Source: a virus. From it: a stretch of 64,000 bases of DNA. The notes beneath the pieces were generated by a model. It was not told the DNA's origin and did not search any database. It saw only the letters and a program-made list of their open reading frames with translations. This document shows, one piece after another, positions 49,164 to 58,800 of the stretch. The position numbers and the translations under genes were made by a program. Location: positions 26,383 to 90,382 of IMG/VR virus record IMGVR_UViG_3300009370_000009; one strand, given 5' to 3'. The stretch's first letter is position 1. Each line of letters starts with the position of its first letter.

Positions 49164-49886
49164 ATGGAACCTAGAGAATCACAAGATTTATTCAATCAAA
49201 TAGCAGATGTTATTGATTTTATTCCTGAGAGATATGATCAGACAGTTTGGGGGACAGCATTGACCCTGGAACGATTTAGAGATTCTGATGGAGTTGTCGA
49301 TGACACGGTTCATATGTATGAAGATGATGAGTGCAGCGATGTAGACTTTAGTATGTCATCTGGTGTCGGTATAAAATCTATAGAGTGCGGTACAAGTTGT
49401 TGTGTTGCTGGTTGGACTGCTTTACTTGAAGGTTGGCACCCTACAATAGAGGTCCTTGGCTCTGAGGATTTCTCAGAGACTTATCTGAGTAGAAGGCTTA
49501 GGGATGATGGTCACGATGGGTATATCGCTAAGGCTGAGCATAAAGTTTATGAACTCAATTACCAGTTTGTTGCCAGCGAGCCTGGAGTTGAATATGAGGG
49601 TTGGCAATGGGAAGACGTAGACCTGTGGCATAATGGTGTATTAAATCTTGGCAACGGCGTTAAGGTTGGAAGAGTAGATATTGTTGCCCAGAAGGCATTG
49701 GGAATAAGTGCAGCAGAATCCTCTGTATTGTTTAATAGTGATTTGAAGTTGGATGCTGACGATCTTCGTCTTATTGGCAAAGGTGAAGATATTATAGAGT
49801 TGTGCGCAGATCAGGCTATAGATAAAACGAGTTACCGTTATCATCGATACGGATTGGATGAAGGGAGTGTTTATAGTGGAACGTAG
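49164..49886 (+). CDS. Hypothetical protein, paralogue of 37667-38191
   Basis: LFNQIADVIDF...CGTSCCVAGWTALLEGWHP. Confidence 0.65.
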   Translation: MEPRESQDLFNQIADVIDFIPERYDQTVWGTALTLERFRDSDGVVDDTVHMYEDDECSDVDFSMSSGVGIKSIECGTSCCVAGWTALLEGWHPTIEVLGSEDFSETYLSRRLRDDGHDGYIAKAEHKVYELNYQFVASEPGVEYEGWQWEDVDLWHNGVLNLGNGVKVGRVDIVAQKALGISAAESSVLFNSDLKLDADDLRLIGKGEDIIELCADQAIDKTSYRYHRYGLDEGSVYSGT

Positions 49887-50032
49887 ATTGGTGATTGATA
49901 GAGTTTTCGACAAATTGGAACGCGTTTTATTTGGTGATGCTGTAATATATTTCGGAATCTTTGTTTGCGTATCAATGTCAGTATTGATAGTTGCTAATAT
50001 AATTCGTTGGATCTGGTAAGGGAGTCATTATA

Positions 50033-50476
50033 ATGGGGTATTACGTTCATATTGAAGATTCAAATTTTATGTTGCCTTATGAACATGCTCGTTTGGCGTA
50101 TTGGCGTATGTGTGATTTGAATAAGCATGATGATTTGAAAAGGGGTGGGTCATCAACTGGAGAAAAGTGGTTCTCTTGGATGGCCTCAGATTATCCAGAA
50201 CGGTTAAAGACTGCTTTGGACATTTTAATTGAACTTGGATTTGATGTTGAAGAAGGTGACGAAGGTTTAGTCGTCTATGCTTATGACAACAAGTCAGGTC
50301 AGGAAGAGCTGTTCTTAGAAGCTATTAGTGATCTTATAGTTCCGCAAACTGGTGAAGATAAGCCATATATTGTTTGGCGTGGTGAAGATGATATGGTCTG
50401 GAAAGACATTTACGGAGAGAAAACTGTAAGGTCTTTGACAGGCGTTATCACTTTTCAAGAGAATCCGATTGGATGA
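50033..50476 (+). CDS. Conserved hypothetical phage protein
   Basis: MGYYV...KRGG...WFSWM...YDNKSGQE...WRGED. Confidence 0.65.
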   Translation: MGYYVHIEDSNFMLPYEHARLAYWRMCDLNKHDDLKRGGSSTGEKWFSWMASDYPERLKTALDILIELGFDVEEGDEGLVVYAYDNKSGQEELFLEAISDLIVPQTGEDKPYIVWRGEDDMVWKDIYGEKTVRSLTGVITFQENPIG

Positions 50477-50479
50477 GAT

Positions 50480-50935
50480 ATGGGACTAGATAATATACCT
50501 TATGAATATCCTTGTATTAGTGAAGGATTACAAGATCCAGATGAACAGATAGATTGCCAAGCAAATATCGATGACAATAAGTGTCCCTGGCATAGAGAAC
50601 TGGGTGATGAAAATGGTGTCGTTTATGGCATGTTTGGTACGCATTGTTGGTATAGAGGTAAGAGCGGAAACTACATGTTGGATGAATTGAGACAACATGG
50701 ATTTGATCCGCCAACTACGTTTTATGGTGATGATGAACTTGACGATGGTAGTGAAGGTATTTCGCCAGAGGCGTGTTTAGATTTAGCATCGTGGATGGCA
50801 GAGAATGGTGAACTCTATGCTAGCATTGCGAATACGGAATACGAAACTTTAGAAGAAGCAATTGATTATTATCGGTATGCCATTAGTTGGCTCAAATTTG
50901 TATCGGAGTACGGTGGAACAAAAGTCTGGTATTAA
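50480..50935 (+). CDS. Hypothetical protein
   Basis: MGLDN...GMFGT.CWYRGK. Confidence 0.6.
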   Translation: MGLDNIPYEYPCISEGLQDPDEQIDCQANIDDNKCPWHRELGDENGVVYGMFGTHCWYRGKSGNYMLDELRQHGFDPPTTFYGDDELDDGSEGISPEACLDLASWMAENGELYASIANTEYETLEEAIDYYRYAISWLKFVSEYGGTKVWY

Positions 50936-51263
50936 TTATAGTTGGGAAGACGACGCTGCGTGCAGAAACCTTTCTGAAGAAAAGAAGTCAGATTTCTTTC
51001 CTAGCAGGGAAGAAGGTTTGGCTAAATTGATGAAGAAGCAGGTCAGAAATGCTAGGAGTGTGTGTTTAGAATGTCCAGTTATATACGATTGTCTTCATGC
51101 TGCTTTGGTCACTAATGAGAAGCATGGTATTTGGGCTTTGTCTACTCCTAAGCAAAGAATAGTGTTGCGCAGGAGCAAGGATAAGGATGGGAATCCTATG
51201 TATATGGATATTGAGAATATACCGATTCTATTTGAACAGATGATTGGCGATATGACTATTTAG
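50913..51263 (+). CDS. whiB: WhiB-like transcription factor (start uncertain, 50862 or 50913)
   Basis: WEDDAACR...FFP...ARSVCLECPVIYDCL..AL...GIWA...QR. Confidence 0.85.
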   Translation: MEQKSGINYSWEDDAACRNLSEEKKSDFFPSREEGLAKLMKKQVRNARSVCLECPVIYDCLHAALVTNEKHGIWALSTPKQRIVLRRSKDKDGNPMYMDIENIPILFEQMIGDMTI

Positions 51264-51270
51264 TTGGGAG

Positions 51271-51699
51271 GTGAAATGGTTGAATTCCAAAGTTTGTGCT
51301 GGATGTGAAAAGTATTTATCTGGTGCTGTAACACGTTTTAGAGGTAAGACCTTCTGTGGGGATGAAGATTGTAAAAAGATAATCGATAAGAGAAGATCTG
51401 AAGCCAACAGAAGGAAGAAGATTAAGCGTAAGAAACAAGGAATTGTGTACAGGGGAGTTAATTCTAATGTACGCAGAAAGATTGTCAGTAGAGATGAGGG
51501 GAAGTGCGCTTTATGTGGTAGTGAAGTTGATGTCCAGGTTCATCATATAGTTCCGTCTTCTGAGGGAGGAACAGATAGCTTTGAGAACTTGATATGTTTG
51601 TGTGATAAAGATCATACAAAGGTTCATTTGAATTTGAGTAAGTACACTGACAGATTGTCAAAAATAGCGAAAGGTAGAGAAGATGCAAGAAGAAGATAA
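51271..51699 (+). CDS. HNH endonuclease
   Basis: RDEGKCALCG...VHHIVP.SEGG....NLICLC...H. Confidence 0.85.
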   Translation: MKWLNSKVCAGCEKYLSGAVTRFRGKTFCGDEDCKKIIDKRRSEANRRKKIKRKKQGIVYRGVNSNVRRKIVSRDEGKCALCGSEVDVQVHHIVPSSEGGTDSFENLICLCDKDHTKVHLNLSKYTDRLSKIAKGREDARRR

Positions 51700-52114
51700 T
51701 CTAGGGCCAGGTTATGACGAGATAGCGAAGGCTGCGCTGGAGGTATTGAGTGCATTTTTTCTCGAGGATGCGGAAGGAGAAGATAATGAGTTGATGCTTG
51801 ATATATTGACAAGTCTTCTTGGGGAAGATCCAGAAGGTAAAGAGTCAGTTGAGGATCGATTAGAAGCGTATCAAGAATTATGCATGAAGCTGACTAATAT
51901 GTTTAGTGGGATGCTTTGTCATGTTGTCAATATGATTAGGGTATTGGCTATGATGAGTATGCGTGCTGATGTAAAAGCGTATCAGTCTTACGTACAGTAT
52001 TTCCATCATCTATTGCCTACTTGGGAGACAGTTGAAACTGAAGAAGAAATGATGGAGTTCTTAGAGAGACTTCACCATTACTTCGGAGTGGAGATTCCAG
52101 ATGAAATTGAGTGA
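51683..52114 (+). CDS. Hypothetical protein
   Basis: Coupled + strand ORF. Confidence 0.55.
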   Translation: MQEEDNLGPGYDEIAKAALEVLSAFFLEDAEGEDNELMLDILTSLLGEDPEGKESVEDRLEAYQELCMKLTNMFSGMLCHVVNMIRVLAMMSMRADVKAYQSYVQYFHHLLPTWETVETEEEMMEFLERLHHYFGVEIPDEIE

Positions 52115-52670
52115 ATATGCAGCAATACAATTGGGTAGTGAAATAGTTGAAGAGTTTGAAGAGTGGGAGAATAAATCTGAACCTCCTCATGACTTTGATA
52201 ACGATAACACTGCCGAACTTGATGATGAAGATAGATTTATTCACAACGAAGAAGATTTGGAGTATAGGGAGAAATGGCCTTGGTATAACAAGACTGTACC
52301 TAAGAATGTTCTAGATCTCTTGGTGGAGATAAAAGATGACGCCTTCTTCAATATTCCAGGTATGGATATCATATTAAGAGACTTCTACGCTAAGAATGTC
52401 TATGACTTTTATTGCCAGCCTAGCAATGTCTTTGAGTGGCTTCATGGTTTTGCTAAGAGGTACATCAAATTAGTTGATAGTGCCCCGGATAAAGCTAAGT
52501 TTGTCATGCTTGACATTAGTGAAGAAGGAATGGAGGATATTGATAACCAAACTTGGGCCTTGGTCAGGGGTGTTTCTTGGCCTTTAGCCCAGTTGTTTGG
52601 CTATGATATAGACCGGTTAGATAACCGGTATTTGTCGTATTTGATGCAAGAAATATTCCCAGAAGAATAA
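52101..52670 (+). CDS. Hypothetical acidic protein
   Basis: Coupled + strand ORF. Confidence 0.55.
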   Translation: MKLSEYAAIQLGSEIVEEFEEWENKSEPPHDFDNDNTAELDDEDRFIHNEEDLEYREKWPWYNKTVPKNVLDLLVEIKDDAFFNIPGMDIILRDFYAKNVYDFYCQPSNVFEWLHGFAKRYIKLVDSAPDKAKFVMLDISEEGMEDIDNQTWALVRGVSWPLAQLFGYDIDRLDNRYLSYLMQEIFPEE

Positions 52671-52710
52671 ATAAACATTCCCTGGGAATATATAGAGAAA
52701 GAAGTGGGTT

Positions 52711-53268
52711 ATGGATGTAAAAATTCCACCGGTTAGCAGTGACAAAGAGGCGTTCTATTTCATAGTAGATCACCTTAAGAAACAGGATCAAAGATCTGTT
52801 TATCTTGATGATAAAACAGGTTGTCAATACAGAATTGAAGAGTATGGCAATGTGTTGAAGTGCGCAGTTGGGGCTTTGATTTCTATTCATGAATACGGGG
52901 AGCATTTAGAGGATCAAACTATTCAGTTTGATGGTGAAGTATATGATGCCGTTAACAACTCTAATCCCGATTGGATGGTTACTGAGAATAGTGTAGACAT
53001 CCTAACTGCTTTACAGAGGTTTCATGATGAGATTCCTGTAGATCATTGGGGCTGGGTATTTGATGTTATTGATAAAGCCATTGAGGAGTTTGGATTCGAC
53101 AATATCGTTTATCGAAATGGCAAGACTAGAAGTGCGTTGTATGCGATAGTGTCTATGGCACAAAGTCATATAACGGAAAACGATTCAAGAGTGGAATCGT
53201 GGAATTTTGTGGAAACATCGTTGGAATGGTTTGAGGGTACTCGACAGAAAGTGATGGCAATGCAATGA
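52711..53268 (+). CDS. Conserved hypothetical phage protein
   Basis: HL.KQ..RS...CQYR...KCAVGALI...LQ..HD. Confidence 0.65.
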   Translation: MDVKIPPVSSDKEAFYFIVDHLKKQDQRSVYLDDKTGCQYRIEEYGNVLKCAVGALISIHEYGEHLEDQTIQFDGEVYDAVNNSNPDWMVTENSVDILTALQRFHDEIPVDHWGWVFDVIDKAIEEFGFDNIVYRNGKTRSALYAIVSMAQSHITENDSRVESWNFVETSLEWFEGTRQKVMAMQ

Positions 53269-53633
53269 GTTTAGACTGGAGTATTGGTAATTGTCGTGAT
53301 TGGGAAGAGTTGAATTCCGATGAGGAGTGGCCGATCACTAATGAATTGATTTGGGCTAATCTTGTCGTTCATTTAGGGGAAATCACAGAGAAGAATTGGG
53401 AAGAGTTCTACGCCAGGTATACGATTTGGTGCAGGATGGGTGGGGACAGTAGAGGTACTAAGGTTACCCCAATGGATGTCCATAGAAGGATCGGTATGGC
53501 TACCAATGTCTTTCCGGCTAAGACTAGGCTTCAGTGGATAAGGGAGATGACCAATAGGGAGTTGGATGCTTCAGCTCATCATGCTGAGTGGACTTTAGAG
53601 AAGTCTTTGCCTAAGGAGTCTACTGATGCCTGA
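53265..53633 (+). CDS. Conserved hypothetical phage protein
   Basis: MSLDW...LGEITEKN..EFY.R...RIG..TNV. Confidence 0.65.
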   Translation: MSLDWSIGNCRDWEELNSDEEWPITNELIWANLVVHLGEITEKNWEEFYARYTIWCRMGGDSRGTKVTPMDVHRRIGMATNVFPAKTRLQWIREMTNRELDASAHHAEWTLEKSLPKESTDA

Positions 53634-53847
53634 GTCAATAGATCCTGCTTTGTTTCATGATGTGGTTGAGGATTTGGTCATCAAATCGAAGCAGCCTGGC
53701 AATGATGTTTCTTTATTGTTTTTCAATGAGGAAACTGGCAGTTGGGAGATGGAAATGACTTATGATACTGTGCTGCGAGTTGCCGGCGATAAATTGAAGA
53801 GAGAGACAGAGGAATTCTTGAAGGGATTCCCGGAGAATTTGGTATGA
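53626..53847 (+). CDS. Hypothetical protein
   Basis: AAGGAG RBS. Confidence 0.55.
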   Translation: MPESIDPALFHDVVEDLVIKSKQPGNDVSLLFFNEETGSWEMEMTYDTVLRVAGDKLKRETEEFLKGFPENLV

Positions 53848-54038
53848 TCAAATACCCTGCGAGTATGCGGGAGATAGATAGAAGAATGAAGGCTATGAAT
53901 AAACTCTTCTATGATCTTCGTAGAGATGGAATGACTTATGTAGAGATTGGCCAATTGATGGAGTGCTCTGCGAGTTGGGCTAGACAAAGGGTTATGAAGT
54001 ATGAAGAACTTCTTGAGAAGGGCGTTGTGAATGAATAG
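53844..54038 (+). CDS. Small HTH protein (sigma-70 region 4-like)
   Basis: LRRDGMTYVEIGQLMECSASWARQ. Confidence 0.7.
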   Translation: MIKYPASMREIDRRMKAMNKLFYDLRRDGMTYVEIGQLMECSASWARQRVMKYEELLEKGVVNE

Positions 54039-54354
54039 AATGGAAAGACGACAGAAAGCATTTCCAATGGATGACACAGACAAGGGCGAGTTGAAGACTT
54101 TAGATCTTGATCCGTCTAAGATAATCAAGGGTTCTGTACAATGGCATATCTTGAATCTTTGCCGGGTATTGGATTACCTTGGTACAGGTACAATAGAGCA
54201 CGATTACGTCGTCAGTATTCTCGAGGATAGGCTGAAGGAATACGAGGCGGGGCTGAGAGAGAATAGTGGTCTATGCGATAAGTGTGGACTAGAGAGATTC
54301 GATCCAGATTGTGGTTGCGTATGTGATTGTAACCATAAATGTGGGCGGGGCTGA
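54031..54354 (+). CDS. Hypothetical protein with Cys-rich C-terminus; last gene of the + strand arm
   Basis: CDKC...CGCVCDC. Confidence 0.55.
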   Translation: MNRMERRQKAFPMDDTDKGELKTLDLDPSKIIKGSVQWHILNLCRVLDYLGTGTIEHDYVVSILEDRLKEYEAGLRENSGLCDKCGLERFDPDCGCVCDCNHKCGRG

Positions 54355-54880
54355 GAAGCATATAATCATGTATAAGAAGAGGACACAAGGCCAGCAGAAG
54401 TTGAGTCCTCTCAAAACATAAAATAACCCTGGTGTTATTCAATATTTGCTCCAATAATTGAAATAATGGCCTGGGTTTACGTAAAAGGTTTATTTTTTTT
54501 TAAATATTGATCTAAATCGGGTCTTTTTTTAGAAATAAATGTTATGGGTTGTCGGCTGGGTAGGGTAGTGTATATAGGGGGGGTATAGTTACCTTATCCA
54601 GCCGGCATTTGGCATTAGCCACGTACATATTTAGGTGAGGCCAATAATGTGGTTTGCGTTAAGTGATTGAATGAGTGATTCAATACCGATTCAATAATCG
54701 TGATTATTGAGTAGTGATTTCTCGAGTCTTTGAGTCAAAGAATTAATTTTGATAAATGCTGTAAATGACCTGGACAATGGTTGAGAATGACACGTATGTA
54801 AGTTGTAAGAGAAATAATGGTAGTTGATTGAGTTTATGATTACCTCAATCAATTACAAAAAAATTTTGTCTTGTCCGTTT

Positions 54881-55049
54881 TGTAACCTTACAAAACCTGC
54901 GTTCTGTAACATTACAAAATCCACGGGCGCTCCATTTCGTAAAATTACAAAGGCCATATTGCGGGGTTGTAACCTTACAAAATTGTTCAATTTGGCACTT
55001 TGTAACATTACAAAATCTCGGGCGCCGGCGACAGCTTTGTAACGTTACA
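54881..55049. repeat. Cluster of six TGTAA-NN-TTACA palindromes
   Basis: 54881, 54905, 54938 (CGTAA variant), 54968, 55001, 55038. Confidence 0.9.
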
Positions 55050-55065
55050 AAGTGAAATTACAATG

Positions 55066-55127
55066 AAAGAGGCCCGCAACCTCCGGGAGCCTTAGGGCTG
55101 CCGTTATGTAAGGTTGCGGGCCTCTTT
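55066..55127 (-). terminator. Long stem-loop downstream of the 55152 gene
   Basis: AAAGAGGCCCGCAACCT...AGGTTGCGGGCCTCTTT, 17-bp stem. Confidence 0.75.
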
Positions 55128-55151
55128 ATTTGTAACGTTCCGACGTGACCC

Positions 55152-55430
55152 CTAGGCGACCCGCGTCACGAGTGGAAGATTACTATCCGTCCACTGGACG
55201 GACGCCTTCTCCCACCCCGCGACGCGTGCCCCGGTCGTGATCGCGGAACGAATCCGGCCACGATCCTTGGAGGTGTCTGCCTTGAATTTGGAACCTTCCA
55301 AAGCAGCCGCCTTCCCAATGGGGCATCCGTCCAGCAGTTTGGAAACTTCCAAAGCCAGAGCGGAGGGCTTCCGGCCCTTGCCGGGCACGCGCCCGGCAAA
55401 GTCCGAAGGGTCAATGAATTTGGGCGCCAT
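55152..55430 (-). CDS. Small basic putative DNA-binding protein (cassette gene A1)
   Basis: 92 aa; PGKGRKPSALA...CPIGK...RGRIRSAITTGA...SV.WTD...RVA; GAAAGG RBS. Confidence 0.8.
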   Translation of the reverse strand: MAPKFIDPSDFAGRVPGKGRKPSALALEVSKLLDGCPIGKAAALEGSKFKADTSKDRGRIRSAITTGARVAGWEKASVQWTDSNLPLVTRVA

Positions 55431-55546
55431 TTCTGGAACCTTTCATTGAATGTCGGCGTTATGTAATTCTGAATCATTCAGTAAATGAATGACTCAAACA
55501 TTACAGAACGGAGCCGGGGAACCTGCTCCCCCGAACCACAAATACT

Positions 55547-55607
55547 AATTTAGCACACCACTATTCTCTCGCGTAAACCTTGCGTTTCACTCAACAAATT
55601 ACTTTCT
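55547..55607 (-). promoter_or_regulatory. Cassette promoter: AGAAAGTAATTT...ACGCAA-N27-TAAATT
   Basis: Fixed spacing shared with four other cassettes. Confidence 0.6.
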
Positions 55608-55750
55608 CCCAACCATTTCCATTCCGCCATTTGGAAACATTACAACTTAATAATAATCTAAATAATACAGAAATCTGTTTACTGAATTGAAACTTAATAA
55701 TATTACAAAATAATAAGTAAATAAATTACAAATTCATTCAATCTCGAGTT

Positions 55751-55829
55751 TGTAAAATTACAAAATTCCACGGGAGCGCGTTGTTGCTGGAATTTGAGCG
55801 CTCCCGTAGGGGGCTTTTGTAATTTTACA
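55751..55829. repeat. Box-hairpin-box element 1
   Basis: TGTAAAATTACA...ACGGGAGCGC-18nt-GCGCTCCCGT...TGTAATTTTACA. Confidence 0.9.
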
Positions 55830-55908
55830 GAGTGGGGTTGCCGGCGATTTGTAAGGTTACAGGCTGGCTCCTGGTTTGTAACCTTACATAGTGAAATTAC
55901 CAAATGAA

Positions 55909-55962
55909 AAGGCCCCGGTAGCAACTCCCGTAGGGTGGAGTTTGTAATGCTACCGGGGCCTT
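55909..55962 (-). terminator. Stem-loop downstream of the 55997 gene
   Basis: AAGGCCCCGGTAGCA...TGCTACCGGGGCCTT. Confidence 0.75.
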
Positions 55963-55996
55963 CTGTTCTTTGTAATGATACGGTCCGCCTAGCGGG

Positions 55997-56308
55997 CTAG
56001 GCGACGCGAACGACCAGCGGGTGGTTGTCGTCGGTCCATGACACGGAGACCTTCGACCAGCCCGCCATCTTCGCGCCGGTGGTGATGCCGGATCGGATGC
56101 GACCACGTTCAGCCTTGTCGTCAGGCTTGACCGTAATCTTACCCATCAGGAATCCCTTACCGACGGGGCAACCCTTCGCATCCGCGGCGACCTGTGTCGC
56201 CAACGCGGAAGGCTTGCGCCCGCGGCCCGGAACCTTACCGGCCATGCTGGCCGGGTCGATGAAGTTCGGAATGGTAATCTTTCCCCTTTCTGGTTTGTAA
56301 TCTGCCAA
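55997..56308 (-). CDS. Small basic putative DNA-binding protein (A2, paralogue of A1)
   Basis: FIDP...AGKVPGRGRKPSALA...CPVGK...RGRIRSGITTGA...WTD...RVA. Confidence 0.8.
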   Translation of the reverse strand: MADYKPERGKITIPNFIDPASMAGKVPGRGRKPSALATQVAADAKGCPVGKGFLMGKITVKPDDKAERGRIRSGITTGAKMAGWSKVSVSWTDDNHPLVVRVA

Positions 56309-56552
56309 CCATCCGGTACCAATCAGATGGTCTGCGTTCTGGTTTGTAACCTTTCGGCAGAGGCTCTAGCGTGTGTGTGCGGCAACCGGGCGAGGGTGCT
56401 AGCAACCCTCGCCCGGTCTGTAAGGTATTGACCGTTGGTCCGTAGTTCAGACGGCACCATCCCGACGGGGGCTTTGTAATGAGACGAATCTTCGTCGTCG
56501 CTACCCCCGTGACTAGTGTGATGGTCGGTACCTACGCCTTGCCACGAACAAC

Positions 56553-56635
56553 AAGGTATGCGATAGCCCACCCTTTCAGCGAATGTTGCGTGACACCCTG
56601 GAAATTACTTTCTGGCTTGTTAGGTGCCCCTAACA
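56553..56635 (-). promoter_or_regulatory. Cassette promoter with DtxR/IdeR-like palindrome
   Basis: TGTTAGGTGCCCCTAACA 56618-35; AAATTACTTTCT; ACGCAA-N27-TACCTT. Confidence 0.6.
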
Positions 56636-56744
56636 GGTCGGGAATAATGTAGCCTGGAAGGTTACAAAGTGTCAGCCTGGAAGATTACATAATCCCTAAG
56701 CGCCGGCGCCGGCTAAGTAAGATTACAAAATTCATTCCACATTG

Positions 56745-56825
56745 TGTAAAATTACAAAGCTTTCCTAGGGGAGCGCACAGAAGCGAAAACGAACGTGCGC
56801 TCCCCCAGAATTTTGTAATCTTACA
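56745..56825. repeat. Box-hairpin-box element 2
   Basis: TGTAAAATTACA...GGGGAGCGCAC-16nt-GTGCGCTCCCC...TGTAATCTTACA. Confidence 0.9.
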
Positions 56826-56839
56826 CAGTGTTTTGTAAC

Positions 56840-56868
56840 AAAAAAAAGCCCGCCCCGTAGGGCGGGCC
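56840..56868 (-). terminator. Intrinsic terminator
   Basis: aaaaaaaa-gcccgccc-cgta-gggcgggc (U tract on the - strand). Confidence 0.85.
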
Positions 56869-56880
56869 TCTTTTGTAATA

Positions 56881-56973
56881 CTACTTCTTGGGGGGCGTGT
56901 ACCGCCCGTTGGCCTTGGGCCGCCGATTCGTAATGGTACGAATCTTAGGCTTGGACCGCTTGCCGATCGGCAT
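56881..56973 (-). CDS. 30-aa highly basic micropeptide (not in the ORF track)
   Basis: MPIGKRSKPKIRTITNRRPKANGRYTPPKK; GAAAGGTTACA RBS; followed by a terminator. Confidence 0.65.
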   Translation of the reverse strand: MPIGKRSKPKIRTITNRRPKANGRYTPPKK

Positions 56974-56990
56974 GGTCTGTAACCTTTCTG

Positions 56991-57173
56991 CTATACGTCG
57001 ATGGGACGCTTGTGGATGGGGATGTTTTTGTAACATTTGTTACAGATGTCGTCGTCGTTGTATTTCGACAGGATGGTGGAGCAGTTGCGAGTCTTACAAA
57101 CTCGCTGGGGCGCTCCGGGCGCCATCCTCGCCTTCTGGCGTTCCCGCTTGCTGGGCTTTCGTGGTTTGGCCAC
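56991..57173 (-). CDS. Basic zinc-finger protein
   Basis: GTG 57173 after GAAAGGTTACA; CKTRNCSTILSKYNDDDICNKC. Confidence 0.75.
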   Translation of the reverse strand: MAKPRKPSKRERQKARMAPGAPQRVCKTRNCSTILSKYNDDDICNKCYKNIPIHKRPIDV

Positions 57174-57234
57174 TATGTAACCTTTCTGTTGTGGTGGTGG
57201 GGAGGGTGTGACCCCTCCCCACCGGACGACTATG

Positions 57235-57450
57235 TTAGCCGTGGACCTTGATGGTCTTTGTAAGGTTCGAGTAGCGAACCCACACTTCGGCATCTCCCGC
57301 GTGACGCTGGGCGTCGCGGTTGTTGATGTAGCGACCAGAGTCAGGATGTAATCCTACAATCTGGAAGTCCATCCCCTCCTGCCACGCCAGTAACACGGCG
57401 GGGCCAGAGGTGTAGTCCCGCCCATAGGCGGGAACCACGGTGATGTTCAT
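57235..57450 (-). CDS. Conserved small phage protein
   Basis: ATG 57450 after GAAAGG; PAYGRDY....V...W..G.DF. Confidence 0.75.
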   Translation of the reverse strand: MNITVVPAYGRDYTSGPAVLLAWQEGMDFQIVGLHPDSGRYINNRDAQRHAGDAEVWVRYSNLTKTIKVHG

Positions 57451-57529
57451 AACGTAACCTTTCGGTAGTAGGTAAGGCGTGGGAGGGACTAGGGCTACTG
57501 GCGGAACCCCGGTCCCTCCCACAACCAAT

Positions 57530-57613
57530 ACGGTAGGTCATTCCCCAACCTATTGACGAACGTTGCGTTACACCTAGAAAATTACTTTCTCGCATTGTTA
57601 GGTGTACCTAACA
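57530..57613 (-). promoter_or_regulatory. Cassette promoter with DtxR/IdeR-like palindrome
   Basis: TGTTAGGTGTACCTAACA 57596-613; AAATTACTTTCT; ACGCAA-N27-TACCGT. Confidence 0.6.
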
Positions 57614-57695
57614 GTAAACAAATAATCAGATTGGAATATTACAAACCAATCTAATAATCTTCATGTAAAATTACAAATCCACTAAAGCCACGTTC

Positions 57696-57771
57696 TGTAA
57701 AATTACAAAAATCTACGGGAGCGCATTTTTACTGCAATTTGAGCGCTCCCGTCGCGTTTTGTAATTTTACA
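57696..57771. repeat. Box-hairpin-box element 3
   Basis: TGTAAAATTACA...ACGGGAGCGC-18nt-GCGCTCCCGT...TGTAATTTTACA; extra box at 57664. Confidence 0.9.
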
Positions 57772-57790
57772 GGATGGGTTTTGTAATTAT

Positions 57791-57831
57791 GAAAGGGCCA
57801 GGGTAGTTTGTAATTCTACCCTGACCCTTTC
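57791..57831 (-). terminator. Stem-loop downstream of the 57851 gene
   Basis: GAAAGGGCCAGGGTAG...CTACCCTGACCCTTTC. Confidence 0.7.
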
Positions 57832-57850
57832 GTTTTGTAACCTTCCGGGC

Positions 57851-58549
57851 TTAGCCGTGGCGCTCCACCGCCTCGTCCCAGTTGGCCTGCGATTCGTAGG
57901 CTTCCAGAACGCCGCCTTCGATGGAGAGCCGGGATGCCCGCATCTCCAGCGAGTTTGTAAGGTCGGCCATCATCTCGTCCCACTGGAGATCTGTAACGTG
58001 ACGCTTTACGGTCCATGCCTTGCGCCCCTTTGTAGGAATACGCAACGCCTGCGGGGCCTTCCGGTTCCATTCCTTGACGAGATTACGAAACTCGCCCACC
58101 TTACTAACCCACACGATGCCACCCTGGACGATGCCACCGGACACGGGCGGGAGGTCCATCGTGATGGTTCGGCATGGCTCCAGCATGGGGCAAGTGTTAC
58201 AAATCTCCAGAGCAGCGTGAACCCTGGAAATTACATTCTTCTCAGAGGGAACGGGGAAGAATGGATTCTTACTAACTCGCCGTGGGGTGCCGACGCCAGA
58301 CTTGCGGTTCGCCCGGATGGTCGGAAGCAGAACCGGGGTCGCCTCCCAGTCACGCTTACAAGCAGCCCTGGAAGTTACAAACCGGTACCGGTCGGTCACC
58401 CGCGACTTGCGGATGTAGTGGCCGGTAGTGGGCCGGTCTGTAATTCGGCAGGTCAGCCACTTGGCAACCTTACGGAATCCGACCGGGCGGGGTGGGCCGA
58501 TCAGGGCGTCCAGCATCCGGTCTAGGACCATGGTCAGGTGGTGGGTCAT
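57851..58549 (-). CDS. Extended WhiB-like protein (B1)
   Basis: AAC...NPFFP...ALEICNTCPMLEPC...GIVQGG; GAAAGG RBS. Confidence 0.75.
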   Translation of the reverse strand: MTHHLTMVLDRMLDALIGPPRPVGFRKVAKWLTCRITDRPTTGHYIRKSRVTDRYRFVTSRAACKRDWEATPVLLPTIRANRKSGVGTPRRVSKNPFFPVPSEKNVISRVHAALEICNTCPMLEPCRTITMDLPPVSGGIVQGGIVWVSKVGEFRNLVKEWNRKAPQALRIPTKGRKAWTVKRHVTDLQWDEMMADLTNSLEMRASRLSIEGGVLEAYESQANWDEAVERHG

Positions 58550-58800
58550 TATGTAGCCTTTCGGGGCTGCGGTCCCGGTCGATTTGACCGGGCTGATGGG
58601 TCAAATCGTATCGTCTATCATTCTGTAATTAGGCGCTTCTGGCCCAATTCTCTACATCGTCACACAATCGTAACAGTCACGATAACAGTCATTATCTTAC
58701 AGAATGGCCTGGGTCCCTGGAAATTACAAATAATAATAGGTATCCAAATTACAAAGTCAATAATACCCCCCTAAATTACAAAACCACTCAACTCCCACTT

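Noticed and set aside
54824-55042. 72-aa ORF with CNLTK/CNITK repeats (also 55703-55924, 60028-60264)
   Set aside because: The peptide repeats are just translations of the TGTAA-NN-TTACA boxes; there is no RBS.
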